Virus record (IMG/VR): IMGVR_UViG_3300011952_000001
Coordinates: 771-64,770 of that record
From: a virus
Lineage: Duplodnaviria > Caudoviricetes
DNA: 64,000 nucleotides
Reading direction: 5' to 3' (one strand)
Of this stretch, positions 47,260 through 57,534 are shown one piece after another. The position numbers and the translations under genes were made by a program. The notes under the pieces were generated by a model. That model did not search any database. It was not told the origin of the DNA and saw only the letters and a program-made list of their open reading frames with translations. Positions within the stretch are counted from its first letter, which is position 1; every line of letters begins with the position of its first letter.

Positions 47260-48336
47260 TTGACTACTAATAACGACGCACTAACCACCCTATATGGCGA
47301 TTCAAACGAAAGACGCCTTACAGAAATACACGAAGAAGGCGCAGAACTAGCGCAATTATTCCAAGCGCAAATGGACGCTTATTACGCAAGTCCGCAATCA
47401 TCGTTCTACGATAACCGAATCGAGCGTAAATTCCTCGAACAGAAACTCGTACATCTCAAATTTACGCCGTATCCAAACGACGGACTTGTAACGTTCGGAG
47501 CGTCTGGAACAGCGAAATGTGATCGTGAAATCGTCTTTAAAAACGCTAAAGTAAGGACGGAGAAAACGCCAGATTTACCACATCGCAGCCGTCAACGTCG
47601 CGTAGGTACTGCGGTCATCGATTACGTACAGCTCGACATCTGCCACGTGCCGAAACGTCTTGGTAAAGACGCTCTATTCACCTTCGCAACGTTACCAAAC
47701 GATGAGTGGGCGTTCGAGGATGCGATGCAAGTACGCCAGGTAATCGAACATAACGGAGTCAAATTCGCTATCACCGTTAAGCCAGACGGAATACTTAACC
47801 ACGCAAAGGACGCTGAACGACGTTTTATCTTCGAATATAAAACGAAAGCATCCGGAGTAGTCGAAATGAACGGCAAGCTCGATTTCAGCGGAGCACAGGC
47901 GGATCACTTACGACAGGTAACGGCAGAGGCGATAGTCTATGGCATTAACGAAGGGTTTATCGTCTATGAATCGATGCATAAGCCAGCGTGGTTTAGCGAT
48001 GAAGAACGCAAGAATGTTCCGAAAACGCGCAAGACATGGCGCAATGGTGAACCGATGCCAGATATGCGTATGGTGTACTTCTATATTACCGAGGAAATGA
48101 AAACGGCATTGCTGGACGATTTAGCGCGCCAAGCCGAATTAGTATACAACGGCGAGATTCCGCCGATGACAGCAGAGTTTACGAGCAAATGCGGATTCTG
48201 TCCGTTCAAAGCGCATTGTAAGTCGATATTGACTAACGCAGAGTTGACGCAATTGCACGAGGTTGAGAGCGCGATGGCTACGTCGAGTATGGCGGGCAAA
48301 CGAGAACATACGGATTTGCTTAATTATTTAGCGTAG
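47260..48336 (+). CDS. Cas4/AddB-like PD-(D/E)XK exonuclease with four Cys
   Basis: GASGTAKC, KPDG, FEYKTK, RQ, KCGFCPFKAHC. Confidence 0.8.
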   Translation: MTTNNDALTTLYGDSNERRLTEIHEEGAELAQLFQAQMDAYYASPQSSFYDNRIERKFLEQKLVHLKFTPYPNDGLVTFGASGTAKCDREIVFKNAKVRTEKTPDLPHRSRQRRVGTAVIDYVQLDICHVPKRLGKDALFTFATLPNDEWAFEDAMQVRQVIEHNGVKFAITVKPDGILNHAKDAERRFIFEYKTKASGVVEMNGKLDFSGAQADHLRQVTAEAIVYGINEGFIVYESMHKPAWFSDEERKNVPKTRKTWRNGEPMPDMRMVYFYITEEMKTALLDDLARQAELVYNGEIPPMTAEFTSKCGFCPFKAHCKSILTNAELTQLHEVESAMATSSMAGKREHTDLLNYLA

Positions 48337-48411
48337 ATTGTCCCAAAACAGCGCGCTTTAGTGTGCAGTATAGAGTAGGAAGCAAATAAAACTAATAAAT
48401 AGGAGGTTATC

Positions 48412-49494
48412 GTGAGTATGGCGACGAAAACAACGTATAAAGTGGGCGATAAGGTTCGAATTTTAGGTACGGAGAATATCTTTCTTGGCGAAGAAATCAA
48501 AATAGTAGGTGGGTACGCGGAGGTTGAGAGTGTTAGTAACGAAGGGTATCCGCGCTTAGCTTGTCGAGATGGAGCTCCTCTTATTAATACGAAATCTGAA
48601 CTGAAATACATTGAAAAAATCGAGGAGAGTGACGCTAAGATGACGCAATTTAAAGTTGGTGATAAAGTACGAGTTATTGCAGACGAGGGCGATATTGCAG
48701 GGGTAAAAATTGGTACAATCGCAACAGTGACGGAGGTTGATTCCGATGGTGATGTTAGATTAGACGTCAACAATAAAAACGGAGTGCCAGCATTTTTCTT
48801 AGCGCGAGAAGTCGAACTAGTATCGCAGAAATTAACGAAGAATCAACGCATTTCATCGTTAGAACAAGCAGTCGAAGCGTTACAAGCTGAAGTTGAGTCG
48901 TTAAAGGCTGCGCAAAAGCCGCCAGTAACTGTTATTGCAGACGCAATTCAACGTTATAACGAGCGCACTCCGAACGAGCAACGCAAAGCGATCATTGACG
49001 AGGCAAAGGCGTTTGTTGAGGCGACATTAGCGGAAGTAGACGAACAGATGGGCTGGCAGACGACTAAAATTCGAACTTATAAGGAGCACGGACGTCTTCG
49101 TATTGAATTTATCGTAAATACAGAAAAACGCACAGTTGTAGCGCTAGCTCGATACGGTAATATGACAGAACTTCCGGATGTGATCGCAAAAGGCATCGCA
49201 AAATGCAATCCTTCTGATGTATTCAACGCTGATATCGGCAAGGCAATTGCGCTAGGTCGTGCGCTTGGGCTAGACGTTAAGCGATTCGAAAAGGCGGTGC
49301 AGCCTGGCGAGGTTGTTGTCGGTCATATCTTTGATACAACACCAGGAGGCGGAAATTGGACGGCTACTGTGACGAAACTAGGCGACTCAAGAGCGCATGA
49401 TCTTTACGGAAAGGCATTCCAACATTCGCACGATTCTGGGTGGTTAGGCGAAAAGCAAGTTAAGGTAATTGACGACTCAGAGGCGCAATATTAA
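48412..49494 (+). CDS. Multi-module hypothetical protein (KVGDKVR repeats)
   Basis: YKVGDKVRI, FKVGDKVRV; GIAKCNPSDVFNADIGKAIALGRALG module. Confidence 0.65.
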   Translation: MSMATKTTYKVGDKVRILGTENIFLGEEIKIVGGYAEVESVSNEGYPRLACRDGAPLINTKSELKYIEKIEESDAKMTQFKVGDKVRVIADEGDIAGVKIGTIATVTEVDSDGDVRLDVNNKNGVPAFFLAREVELVSQKLTKNQRISSLEQAVEALQAEVESLKAAQKPPVTVIADAIQRYNERTPNEQRKAIIDEAKAFVEATLAEVDEQMGWQTTKIRTYKEHGRLRIEFIVNTEKRTVVALARYGNMTELPDVIAKGIAKCNPSDVFNADIGKAIALGRALGLDVKRFEKAVQPGEVVVGHIFDTTPGGGNWTATVTKLGDSRAHDLYGKAFQHSHDSGWLGEKQVKVIDDSEAQY

Positions 49495-50084
49495 TGAAAG
49501 CTGGCGCTGCACGAACAACTAAAACGAAGCCAAAACGCCTTCTAGCAATCGACACGTCAGCATCGCCAGGATTCGCAGTAATCGAATATGGCGGAAATAA
49601 GCCGGCAAGCCTAGTTTACACTGACGCATTTCCGACGGATACTTCGTTATCAGACGCTGAGCGCTTCGAGGTTGTCCGTTCAGCTACCGCCTTAATCTGC
49701 TATCAGCACGGACCATTTGACGTTGTTGTCCGCGAGCATTTCATTAAAGGCGGAAGCAAGCGCGGCACTCAGTTAGTATTCGGCGGATGGGCTGCCGTTG
49801 ATATGGCGCTTAAAGCGTTTGGCTATACGATCGATAGTGCGAATGAGATTCCACCAACCACCGTCAAAAAGGCGGTAGGCATTTCGGGCAAGGCGGTCAA
49901 GACGGAAAAGGACGCAGATTTAGAGGAACGTAAGACTGGCAAACGTCCACCAAGCGTTGAGAGAGGCGTTAGAGAGACGTTAGGCTTACCGGACGATTAC
50001 GTATTTCCGAATAACAAAGGCGGGGACGCCTCGGATGCGGCGGCTATTGGTATCGCCTATCTTAAGCGCGAAGGCGCTATTTAA
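49494..50084 (+). CDS. ruvC: RuvC-like Holliday junction resolvase
   Basis: LAIDTS, VVREH, PTTVKKAV, DASDAAAIG. Confidence 0.82.
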   Translation: MKAGAARTTKTKPKRLLAIDTSASPGFAVIEYGGNKPASLVYTDAFPTDTSLSDAERFEVVRSATALICYQHGPFDVVVREHFIKGGSKRGTQLVFGGWAAVDMALKAFGYTIDSANEIPPTTVKKAVGISGKAVKTEKDADLEERKTGKRPPSVERGVRETLGLPDDYVFPNNKGGDASDAAAIGIAYLKREGAI

Positions 50085-50103
50085 AACGAGAGGAAGCGAT
50101 TGA

Positions 50104-50642
50104 ATGAACGACAAATTGACGCTATTTGATATTACGTTGAAAGATACTTTACGAGTTATTAACCACGATGAAATTGAGTACGGACACGATTTAACTAACG
50201 GTAAAGAGTACACGATTTTAGGTATTTTCGCAGATTCAGACGAAGTTCATCCATCAGTGTTAGTAGTAGATGATGTTGGCGAGGGGACGTATATTCTGGA
50301 ATCCGAATTTGCAGCAGTTGAATTTGTTAAGGCGGTGAATAAATGACGCCAAAGCAACGCAAGCCAGCAGGCTTTATCGCAACTAGCCTCGCAATTATCG
50401 CATTAGTACTGACTATCGTTTTAGCATTCGCAGCAATGCCGTTATTGGCACTGTTAGTCGGAATGGGCTTCGGCTATGTGCTCGAATTGTTTACGGGCGA
50501 TTACGTAGTGCAGGCGTTCAATGCGCTAGGGCTGACGAAGGTTGATTCGGGAGATTTGCCGAAAGTGTTCGGATTGTTGGCGCTGATTGCCGTTATTTTT
50601 AGAGGAACGTTATACGGGACTAAACGTAAGGGAGACGATTAA
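50104..50642 (+). CDS. Two small hypothetical genes (50104-50346; 50343-50642 membrane protein)
   Basis: Coupled ORFs; the second has 2-3 hydrophobic helices. Confidence 0.6.
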
Positions 50643-52889
50643 TTGATTAAATTACTGACTGACGAATTTTTAGCGCAATATCCTGACTTTCCAGCGCACA
50701 TGAACGCGCTCGGGCAGTTCGTATTCTACCGCACTTATTCTCGATATATACCTTCCAAAGAACGTCGTGAAACGTGGAAGGAGACTGTAGCGCGTGCAAC
50801 GGAATATAACGTAGGGCTAGGCGTTAAGCATTTACAGAAGATCGGATATGAAGTGGATTACGATGAATGGCGACGAGAAGCCGAGCAGATATTCGATAGC
50901 ATGTTCAATCTACGCCAATTTCTATCAGGCCGTACGTTATGGGTTGGCGGTGCAGAAGGCGGAGTAGCCGAGAAGTATCCACTTTCTAACTTCAATTGCT
51001 CATTCTTGAACATCCGTTCCTGGGCGGATTTAGGCGACATGTTCTACTTACTACTCGTCGGAACTGGTGTCGGCTTTAAATGTACAAAAGAGTTTGCGTC
51101 AAATCTAGCACCAATTCGTACCGATATTGAAGTCGAGCATAAACCGTATACGCAAAGGTATCCACTAACGAAGGAACCCAACACAACGGTTCACTTAATC
51201 GACAGCGGAACAAAAGCTGTTATTCATGTAGGCGACAGTAAAGAAGGTTGGGTCGAAGCGTTACGTCAATTCTTCGACATTCATACGGACGCTGCATACA
51301 ACAACGTTAAATCAGTTGCAATCTACTACGATTATGTACGTCCTAAAGGTGCTCGATTGAATACATTCGGAGGAACGGCGTCGGGGCATGAACCACTACG
51401 CGACATGTTCGTTGGTATCGAAAAGGTTATCCGAAATGAAATTGATCTTTCGTTAGAACCGTTAGAGAAAGTCGGAGAGAATCGCGTAAAAGTACGTCCA
51501 GTACACATATTAGATATCGGAAATTTAATCGGTAATAACGTTGTTGTAGGGGGAGTGCGCAGGACCGCAGAAATATTCTTATTCGATGCAGACGACTATG
51601 AGTCTATGCTTGCTAAGTACGGAATCAACGGTATCTGGAACGAGGAACAGCATCGTAAAGTAATAGCTAGCTTACGAAAAGTAGGACTTGACAATCAAGC
51701 GAATTATTTAGAAGAACTGCCGATGTTCAATGCGACAGCACGTCCGTTATTCCATCGTCGTATGTCGAATAATTCGGTTGCATTTACGAAACAGCCATCG
51801 AAGGACTTTCTCGATTTAGTATTCGATATCATGCAAGCAGAAGGCGAGCCTGGATTCATTAACTTAGAAGAAGCTAATCGACGCAGACCTAACGCAGAAG
51901 GTCTCAATCCATGTGCGGAAATCCTTCTCGATAGTTACGGTGTTTGTAACTTAACAACGATCAACCTTGTGCAGTTCGTTAAGGACGGTAGTCTTGATTA
52001 TCAAGCACTTTACCAAGCGCAAGAGTTATCTGCACGCGCTGGCTTACGTATGACACTCGTTGATTTAGAGATTCCACATTGGAACGCAATTCAGCAGCGA
52101 GATAGATTACTAGGATTATCGCTGACTGGCGTTAAAGACGCAATGGATTTACTAGGCTACGAGAGTATTGACGAAGAAGAACTTTTAGCGGATTTACTAA
52201 TAGCTGGCCGTGGTGAAGCTGACGATTACGCTAAGAAGATGCGCGTATCCTCACCGTTACTAACTACGACTGTAAAGCCAGAGGGTACGATTTCACAAGT
52301 AGCTGGCGGAGTATCTAGCGGGCTCCACTATTCACACTCACCGTACTATATTCGCCGAATCCGTATCAACGCAAACGATCCGTTAGCAAAAGCAGTAATG
52401 TCGCTAGGTTGGCAAGTACATGCGGAAGTAGGAACGTTAGGCTATAACGAAGAAAGCGACTTGGCAAAGCCAGAAGCAATCGCAGCAGCTAATACGTTAG
52501 TTATCGACTTCCCTGTCGCAAGTGGCTCGAAACGTACGAAATCTGACGTAGATGTGACGGAACAACTTGCGAACTACTTCGCTTATCAAAAGCATTATAC
52601 GGAGCATAATTCGTCTAATACGATTAGTGTAAAGCCTGATGAATGGCAACAAGCGTCTGACATCGTTTACGACAATTGGGATGATTTCGTAGGTGTATCG
52701 TTCCTGGCAGATGATGGCGGCTCATATCGTTTAGCACCGTATGAAGCGTGCGACAAAGCAACGTACGAGGCGTTAGTAGCGAAAATGAAACCGTTAGAAC
52801 CTAAGACTTTATCAATCTACGATACAAGCGTAGGAAGCGATTTAGACGGAGCAGACGGTTGTGAAGGTGGCGTTTGCCCGATTCGATAA
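50643..52889 (+). CDS. nrdJ: Class II (AdoCbl-dependent) ribonucleotide reductase
   Basis: LSGRTLW, FNCSF, GGVRRTAEI, NPCAEI, TTVKPEGT, C-terminal CEGGVCPIR; no beta-subunit gene seen. Confidence 0.92.
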   Translation: MIKLLTDEFLAQYPDFPAHMNALGQFVFYRTYSRYIPSKERRETWKETVARATEYNVGLGVKHLQKIGYEVDYDEWRREAEQIFDSMFNLRQFLSGRTLWVGGAEGGVAEKYPLSNFNCSFLNIRSWADLGDMFYLLLVGTGVGFKCTKEFASNLAPIRTDIEVEHKPYTQRYPLTKEPNTTVHLIDSGTKAVIHVGDSKEGWVEALRQFFDIHTDAAYNNVKSVAIYYDYVRPKGARLNTFGGTASGHEPLRDMFVGIEKVIRNEIDLSLEPLEKVGENRVKVRPVHILDIGNLIGNNVVVGGVRRTAEIFLFDADDYESMLAKYGINGIWNEEQHRKVIASLRKVGLDNQANYLEELPMFNATARPLFHRRMSNNSVAFTKQPSKDFLDLVFDIMQAEGEPGFINLEEANRRRPNAEGLNPCAEILLDSYGVCNLTTINLVQFVKDGSLDYQALYQAQELSARAGLRMTLVDLEIPHWNAIQQRDRLLGLSLTGVKDAMDLLGYESIDEEELLADLLIAGRGEADDYAKKMRVSSPLLTTTVKPEGTISQVAGGVSSGLHYSHSPYYIRRIRINANDPLAKAVMSLGWQVHAEVGTLGYNEESDLAKPEAIAAANTLVIDFPVASGSKRTKSDVDVTEQLANYFAYQKHYTEHNSSNTISVKPDEWQQASDIVYDNWDDFVGVSFLADDGGSYRLAPYEACDKATYEALVAKMKPLEPKTLSIYDTSVGSDLDGADGCEGGVCPIR

Positions 52890-52907
52890 CTTGATGAGCG
52901 TTACATT

Positions 52908-52937
52908 GCCGAGCCTTAACGGGCTTGGCGCCATTTT
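52908..52937 (+). terminator. Terminator-like hairpin after nrdJ
   Basis: GCCGAGCC-TTAAC-GGGCTTGGC followed by a short T run. Confidence 0.5.
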
Positions 52938-52961
52938 ACTATAGACGGAGGTCGATGCGGA

Positions 52962-53893
52962 ATGTCGTTCACGGTGGTAACTATTATTATAGTGATGCTA
53001 GCGTTTATACAAGGCGTATCTATATTTGTCCACGTAAATAGAAAGCAGAAAGACGACGTTCCATTACGCATCATCCTTTCGGCAGTTGGCGTTATATCAA
53101 TTCTGTGCGGAATCTTATTACTACAATACGTTTAGGAGGCGATTAGATGGAGATAATAGCGACTCACACAGACATTGCAGCGAAGGTTGTAATCTTAGTA
53201 TTTATCGGATTAATAACACTATTGCTTTGGCTATACGCTTGGTTAGAAGAAGATTCCACTTCTTTTGTTGGCGCAATTATAGTCACACTAGTATTCTTCG
53301 CACTATTTAGTTTGGATACAACTATTTTCTACGACGTAATTGTAACGGACTGGAACGCTGTTTACGATCAAGGTTACGAAGTAGTCGAACAGAACGGTAA
53401 AATCGTAACTCTACGAAAGGTTGGCGATTAGAATGGCGAAAGACATTGAGCATCCCGATATAACTCACGCAATTCAAACGGGCTATGACCGTGAAACCTG
53501 GCGTATTATCCAAAACGCAAAGCCGACAGAATCAGCGCCTAGAGATTACTACGGAGACATTATCGATTTGGAGAACGATCATTACGTTGTGATTCCGACA
53601 GGCTATAAGATACTGCACCGGAATCTGCAGCGTTATTTGGAAGAGAAGAAGAATTTCGAGTTTAATTACGTATTTAGCGATTAGGAGGCGATTACTTGCC
53701 GAAGTTAGATATTCGAACGACTAACGGTAATTGCTACTCGGCTACGATTGACAATGCTACGGCTTCGTACTTATACACGCAAGTAGTCGCTAAAGATCCC
53801 GATAAGTTTTTAGAAATTACTGACATAACAGACGGCACTTACTTTGCAATTAAGGCGGATTTAATAGAATCAATACTGACATGGGAGGCGTAA
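52962..53893 (+). CDS. Four small genes (52962-53135 and 53147-53431 two-TM membrane proteins; 53421-53684 YqaI-like; 53696-53893)
   Basis: Each has a GGAGG-type RBS; the first was read manually. Confidence 0.58.
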
Positions 53894-54549
53894 TTATGGG
53901 ATTACCGAAAGATACGATGTTATTCGGATTTGCTGACAAGTTGACGCAAGAACAACGCATATATGTCGATAGTATTTTTGATAATCAAGTAACGATTGTG
54001 AACGCAAAAGCCGGTTCGGGCAAGACTACACTCGCGGTTGCCTGTGCTGCATTACTCGAAAAACCTCTCGTATATATCTTCGCTCCAGTCGAGGAGGGCA
54101 AAATGGGCTTCCGCCCAGGAACTCAACGTGATAAAGAGGCGGAATATTATCAGCCATTAATTGATGCGCTATATGAAATCGGAGAGAATCCGTCCAAAGT
54201 AATTTATGATGCTGAAAATATCGAAACACAAAAGCGAGGCGATGTTTGGGTATATCCGCGAAGTCACATCTTCGCTCGAGGTACGAATATCAAGGATTCA
54301 ACGGTAATTATTGCGGAGGCACAAAACTTTACGCGAGGCGAACTAAAGAAGGTGCTTACGCGAATTCATGATAGCTGTACGGTAATTATCGAAGGACATG
54401 ACGGCCAGAACGACTTGTCAAATCCGAATAAGAGTGGATTTGTACCGTATATCGAACATTTGTCAGTTTATGAATTTGTAAATATCGTGCAATTAACGAA
54501 AAACTTCCGAGGACGATTATCTACAGTGGCGGATGAACTGACATGGTAA
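53881..54549 (+). CDS. phoH: PhoH-like ATPase
   Basis: AKAGSGKT, ARGTNI, IIAEAQN, LTRIHD.C.VII.G...Q.D. Confidence 0.92.
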   Translation: MGGVIMGLPKDTMLFGFADKLTQEQRIYVDSIFDNQVTIVNAKAGSGKTTLAVACAALLEKPLVYIFAPVEEGKMGFRPGTQRDKEAEYYQPLIDALYEIGENPSKVIYDAENIETQKRGDVWVYPRSHIFARGTNIKDSTVIIAEAQNFTRGELKKVLTRIHDSCTVIIEGHDGQNDLSNPNKSGFVPYIEHLSVYEFVNIVQLTKNFRGRLSTVADELTW

Positions 54550-55028
54550 AAGTCATAACGCTATCGAGCGGTCGTGAGTGTTTGGTTGATGATGAGGATT
54601 ACGAATTACTTTCTAAAAATAAGTGGTCGGATGATAGACGAGGTTACGCTATACGTTCAGCTTTAAAGTCTGACGGCTCTAAAACGACGGTGAAAATGCA
54701 CCGACTTTTAGTAGGCGCCAAGCCGGGTGAGATAGTCGATCATATAAACGGAAATCCATCGGACAACAGGAAATCTAATTTACGAATCGTAAGTGATGCA
54801 GCAAACGCTAGAAATTCGAGAAAATATTCGACTAATACGACAGGTTATAAAGGCGTTGCGCCTTACACGAAAGGCAGATTTACCGCACAGATAACTGTTA
54901 ACTACCGAAAGATACACTTAGGTGTTTTCGAAGATAAGGTCGAGGCGGCGAAAGCGTACAACGTAGCAGCCGTCAAGTATTTTGGAAAGTATGCGAAACT
55001 CAACGAAATCGAGGAAAATTCCGCATGA
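54543..55028 (+). CDS. HNH-AP2 homing endonuclease
   Basis: VDHINGNPSDNRKSNLR; TGYKGV; HLG.F....EAAKAYN.AA. Confidence 0.92.
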   Translation: MVKVITLSSGRECLVDDEDYELLSKNKWSDDRRGYAIRSALKSDGSKTTVKMHRLLVGAKPGEIVDHINGNPSDNRKSNLRIVSDAANARNSRKYSTNTTGYKGVAPYTKGRFTAQITVNYRKIHLGVFEDKVEAAKAYNVAAVKYFGKYAKLNEIEENSA

Positions 55029-55106
55029 CAAGCGACGTAATTCTAACTGCTCTTACCGTAGTCTGTGCCTTATTATTCTTCAATAGAAAAAAGGGAGGAC
55101 GATTAA

Positions 55107-55319
55107 ATGAAAAGATACATCATCGGCTTAAACGTAAACGACAGCAGTGAATTACCACAAGCAGCTACGGACATTCAAGCGTTCATCGACACGCTAGGCG
55201 TCGCAAGCGAAATGGAAATCCAAGTAAGTGTTAATCCGTTATTGACGCAGCCTGTGAGTACGCACGCTATCGGATTTGTGACGGAAACTGAGGAAGATTA
55301 CGAGGAGGATGACGAATGA
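55107..55319 (+). CDS. Small acidic hypothetical protein
   Basis: RBS GGGAGG; coupled to dut. Confidence 0.55.
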   Translation: MKRYIIGLNVNDSSELPQAATDIQAFIDTLGVASEMEIQVSVNPLLTQPVSTHAIGFVTETEEDYEEDDE

Positions 55320-55942
55320 CGAAAAAATACGATGTTGAGTTAGTAAAGGATGGTCGAGTTATCGCACAATTACAAAGCATGGAGTTATCTCCGAACATAA
55401 TCGAGAAAGAGGCGCAGAACATGCCGTTAGAAATCGGATTTAAACGTTTATCAGATAACGCAATATTGCCGACAAAGGCGCACGCTACAGATTCAGGCTT
55501 CGATTTATTCGCAGCACAAGACGTTATCATTGCGCCAGGCGAGACGGTAGTTGTTCCGACTGATATTGCGATACAACTTCCGCAAGGCTACGAAGCGCAA
55601 GTGAGACCGCGTTCGGGGATTACGAGTAAGACGAAATTGCGCGTTCAGTTAGGGACGATTGACGAAGCGTATCGTGGGAATATCGGAATTATCGTTGATA
55701 ATATCGCACATACGCATCATCACAACGATTCAAAGAATGACACGCCATATGTAAAGTTATTAAACGGAGATTCGATGCTATCGGACACATGGCGTAAAGA
55801 ATACGCTTATCTAATCCGTAAAGGCGACAAAATCGCTCAACTTGTAGTACAGCCTATTCCTGCGACAGTTGCCGTTGAGATTACGGGAGAGTTGGAGGAT
55901 AGCGATAGAGGTGCGAACGGCTTCGGGAGTAGTGGCGTATGA
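55316..55942 (+). CDS. dut: Trimeric dUTPase with phage-specific insert
   Basis: SGFDL, RPRSG, GTIDEAYRGNIG, GDKIAQLV, RGANGFGSSG. Confidence 0.95.
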   Translation: MTKKYDVELVKDGRVIAQLQSMELSPNIIEKEAQNMPLEIGFKRLSDNAILPTKAHATDSGFDLFAAQDVIIAPGETVVVPTDIAIQLPQGYEAQVRPRSGITSKTKLRVQLGTIDEAYRGNIGIIVDNIAHTHHHNDSKNDTPYVKLLNGDSMLSDTWRKEYAYLIRKGDKIAQLVVQPIPATVAVEITGELEDSDRGANGFGSSGV

Positions 55943-56103
55943 TTTTATGGTGGAACGTAATTATAGCGATTGGGTTCGGTTTTATCCTATACGTCGTACT
56001 AGTATTAGCAACTAACTACGTCACACTTTTCGGAGCACTGAGCGCTCATAAACGGCATGAAATACTGATTAAAGCGAAGGAGGAAAATAATGACGCAAGT
56101 TGA
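55939..56103 (+). CDS. 54-aa membrane peptide
   Basis: MILWWNVIIAIGFGFILYVVLVLAT...; overlaps dut stop and thyX start; read manually. Confidence 0.5.
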   Translation: MILWWNVIIAIGFGFILYVVLVLATNYVTLFGALSAHKRHEILIKAKEENNDAS

Positions 56104-56884
56104 ACGCAAAGTAACGTTATTAGCACATACGCAATTATCAGAAGGGTTTATATCATCGTTATTATACGAACAGGATTTAGATACGGATATATTTTCGAAG
56201 GTAACAGACGGGCAAGCGACGGCTCTTACCGCAATCAGAACGTGCTATTCACCGGGCAAACCTAGCGAAATTGTCGCTAAAGAAGGCGCTCGCTATTTCG
56301 GCAAGAAAGCGACAGACGGCGGAAAAGGTACGGACGCTGACCGTTTAATCCGGATGATACAATCGTCGGGTCATACGAGTACGCTTGAAGGGATAACGTT
56401 TAATTTCGCAGTAGAAGGTGTTAGTCGGGCGTTACTTGCGCAGCTCACACGCCATCGCGTCGGCTTCTCGTTCAGTGTGCAGTCGCAACGATACGTTAAA
56501 TTCGGTAGTGACGATCGTAGTGGAGGATTTGATTACGTTGTTCCGGATAAGATTACCGATAAAATCGTAACAACCGAATTTGACGGAAACGAATATACGG
56601 CAAGCGCGAAAGGAATCTTCGAAGAAACTATGACGTACTTACAAAACGCTTATGACGCATTACGTAAGGCAGGCATTCCAGCCGAGGATTGTCGCGCAGT
56701 CCTACCGAATTCTGCAGCGTGCAATCTCGTATTAACTGTAAACCTACGCGCACTACTCGACTTCTACGCTAAACGTAAAGCCGGACGAGGCGCACAGTCT
56801 GAAATCGCAGGACTGGCGGAGGACTTACGCAAAGCAGTCGAAGCTGTCGAGCCCTGGACATCGCAGCTATTCGAGGCTGTCTAG
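56090..56884 (+). CDS. thyX: Flavin-dependent thymidylate synthase
   Basis: RHRVGFSFSVQSQRY signature; NLRALLDF; AQSEI. Confidence 0.95.
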   Translation: MTQVERKVTLLAHTQLSEGFISSLLYEQDLDTDIFSKVTDGQATALTAIRTCYSPGKPSEIVAKEGARYFGKKATDGGKGTDADRLIRMIQSSGHTSTLEGITFNFAVEGVSRALLAQLTRHRVGFSFSVQSQRYVKFGSDDRSGGFDYVVPDKITDKIVTTEFDGNEYTASAKGIFEETMTYLQNAYDALRKAGIPAEDCRAVLPNSAACNLVLTVNLRALLDFYAKRKAGRGAQSEIAGLAEDLRKAVEAVEPWTSQLFEAV

Positions 56885-57531
56885 TGAGGCGTATCACAGC
56901 GTCAATTATGGCGCTATTAATCGCAATAACACTATTTATCAACGTATATAAGCCGTCAAGTCACGAACAGCTTGCCGAAAGTCCCACCGGACGCACGCTA
57001 GAGCAAACAGAATATAACGGATTCAACGCAATCTACACGCAAGCTAGCGAAAATAAACGCCAACAAATCGAGCAAGAGCGTCAGCAAGCGTTAGAAGATG
57101 CGCACGGGCTATATGAGGCTAAGATTGCGGAAAAACAGCGTAAACAGGCGGAAGCTAAAAGGCAAGCCGAGCGTCAGCAAATCAGTCGAAGCAACAACGC
57201 TAATCTGACGCAATTAACGATGGTAGCGACTCACTATACTGCACGATGCGAAGGCTGCTCCGGCATTACTGCGACCGGTATCGATGTAACACGCACTATC
57301 TACGCAAATGGACTAAGAGTTATTGCGGTTGATCCAACGGTAATTAGCTTAGGCTCGATAGTACGCGTTGAATATGCGGACGGCACAACGTTTAAGGCAA
57401 TTGCGGGTGATACTGGCGGAGCTATAAAGAACCGCAGAATTGACGTACTTGTTGCGTCAGAGACTGAGGCATATCGATTAGGAAAACAAACGGTAACAGT
57501 AACGATATTAAAGAACGGAAAGGGACGATGA
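56884..57531 (+). CDS. Secreted/anchored 3D-domain cell-wall protein
   Basis: N-terminal signal/TM, coiled coil, ATHYT...IAVDP.VI.LGS...A.DTGGAIK..RIDV. Confidence 0.9.
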   Translation: MRRITASIMALLIAITLFINVYKPSSHEQLAESPTGRTLEQTEYNGFNAIYTQASENKRQQIEQERQQALEDAHGLYEAKIAEKQRKQAEAKRQAERQQISRSNNANLTQLTMVATHYTARCEGCSGITATGIDVTRTIYANGLRVIAVDPTVISLGSIVRVEYADGTTFKAIAGDTGGAIKNRRIDVLVASETEAYRLGKQTVTVTILKNGKGR

Positions 57532-57534
57532 TAT

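Noticed and set aside
47260-48336. Cas4-like gene as evidence of CRISPR-Cas
   Set aside because: Solo Cas4-like exonucleases are common in phage recombination modules; no array or other cas genes.
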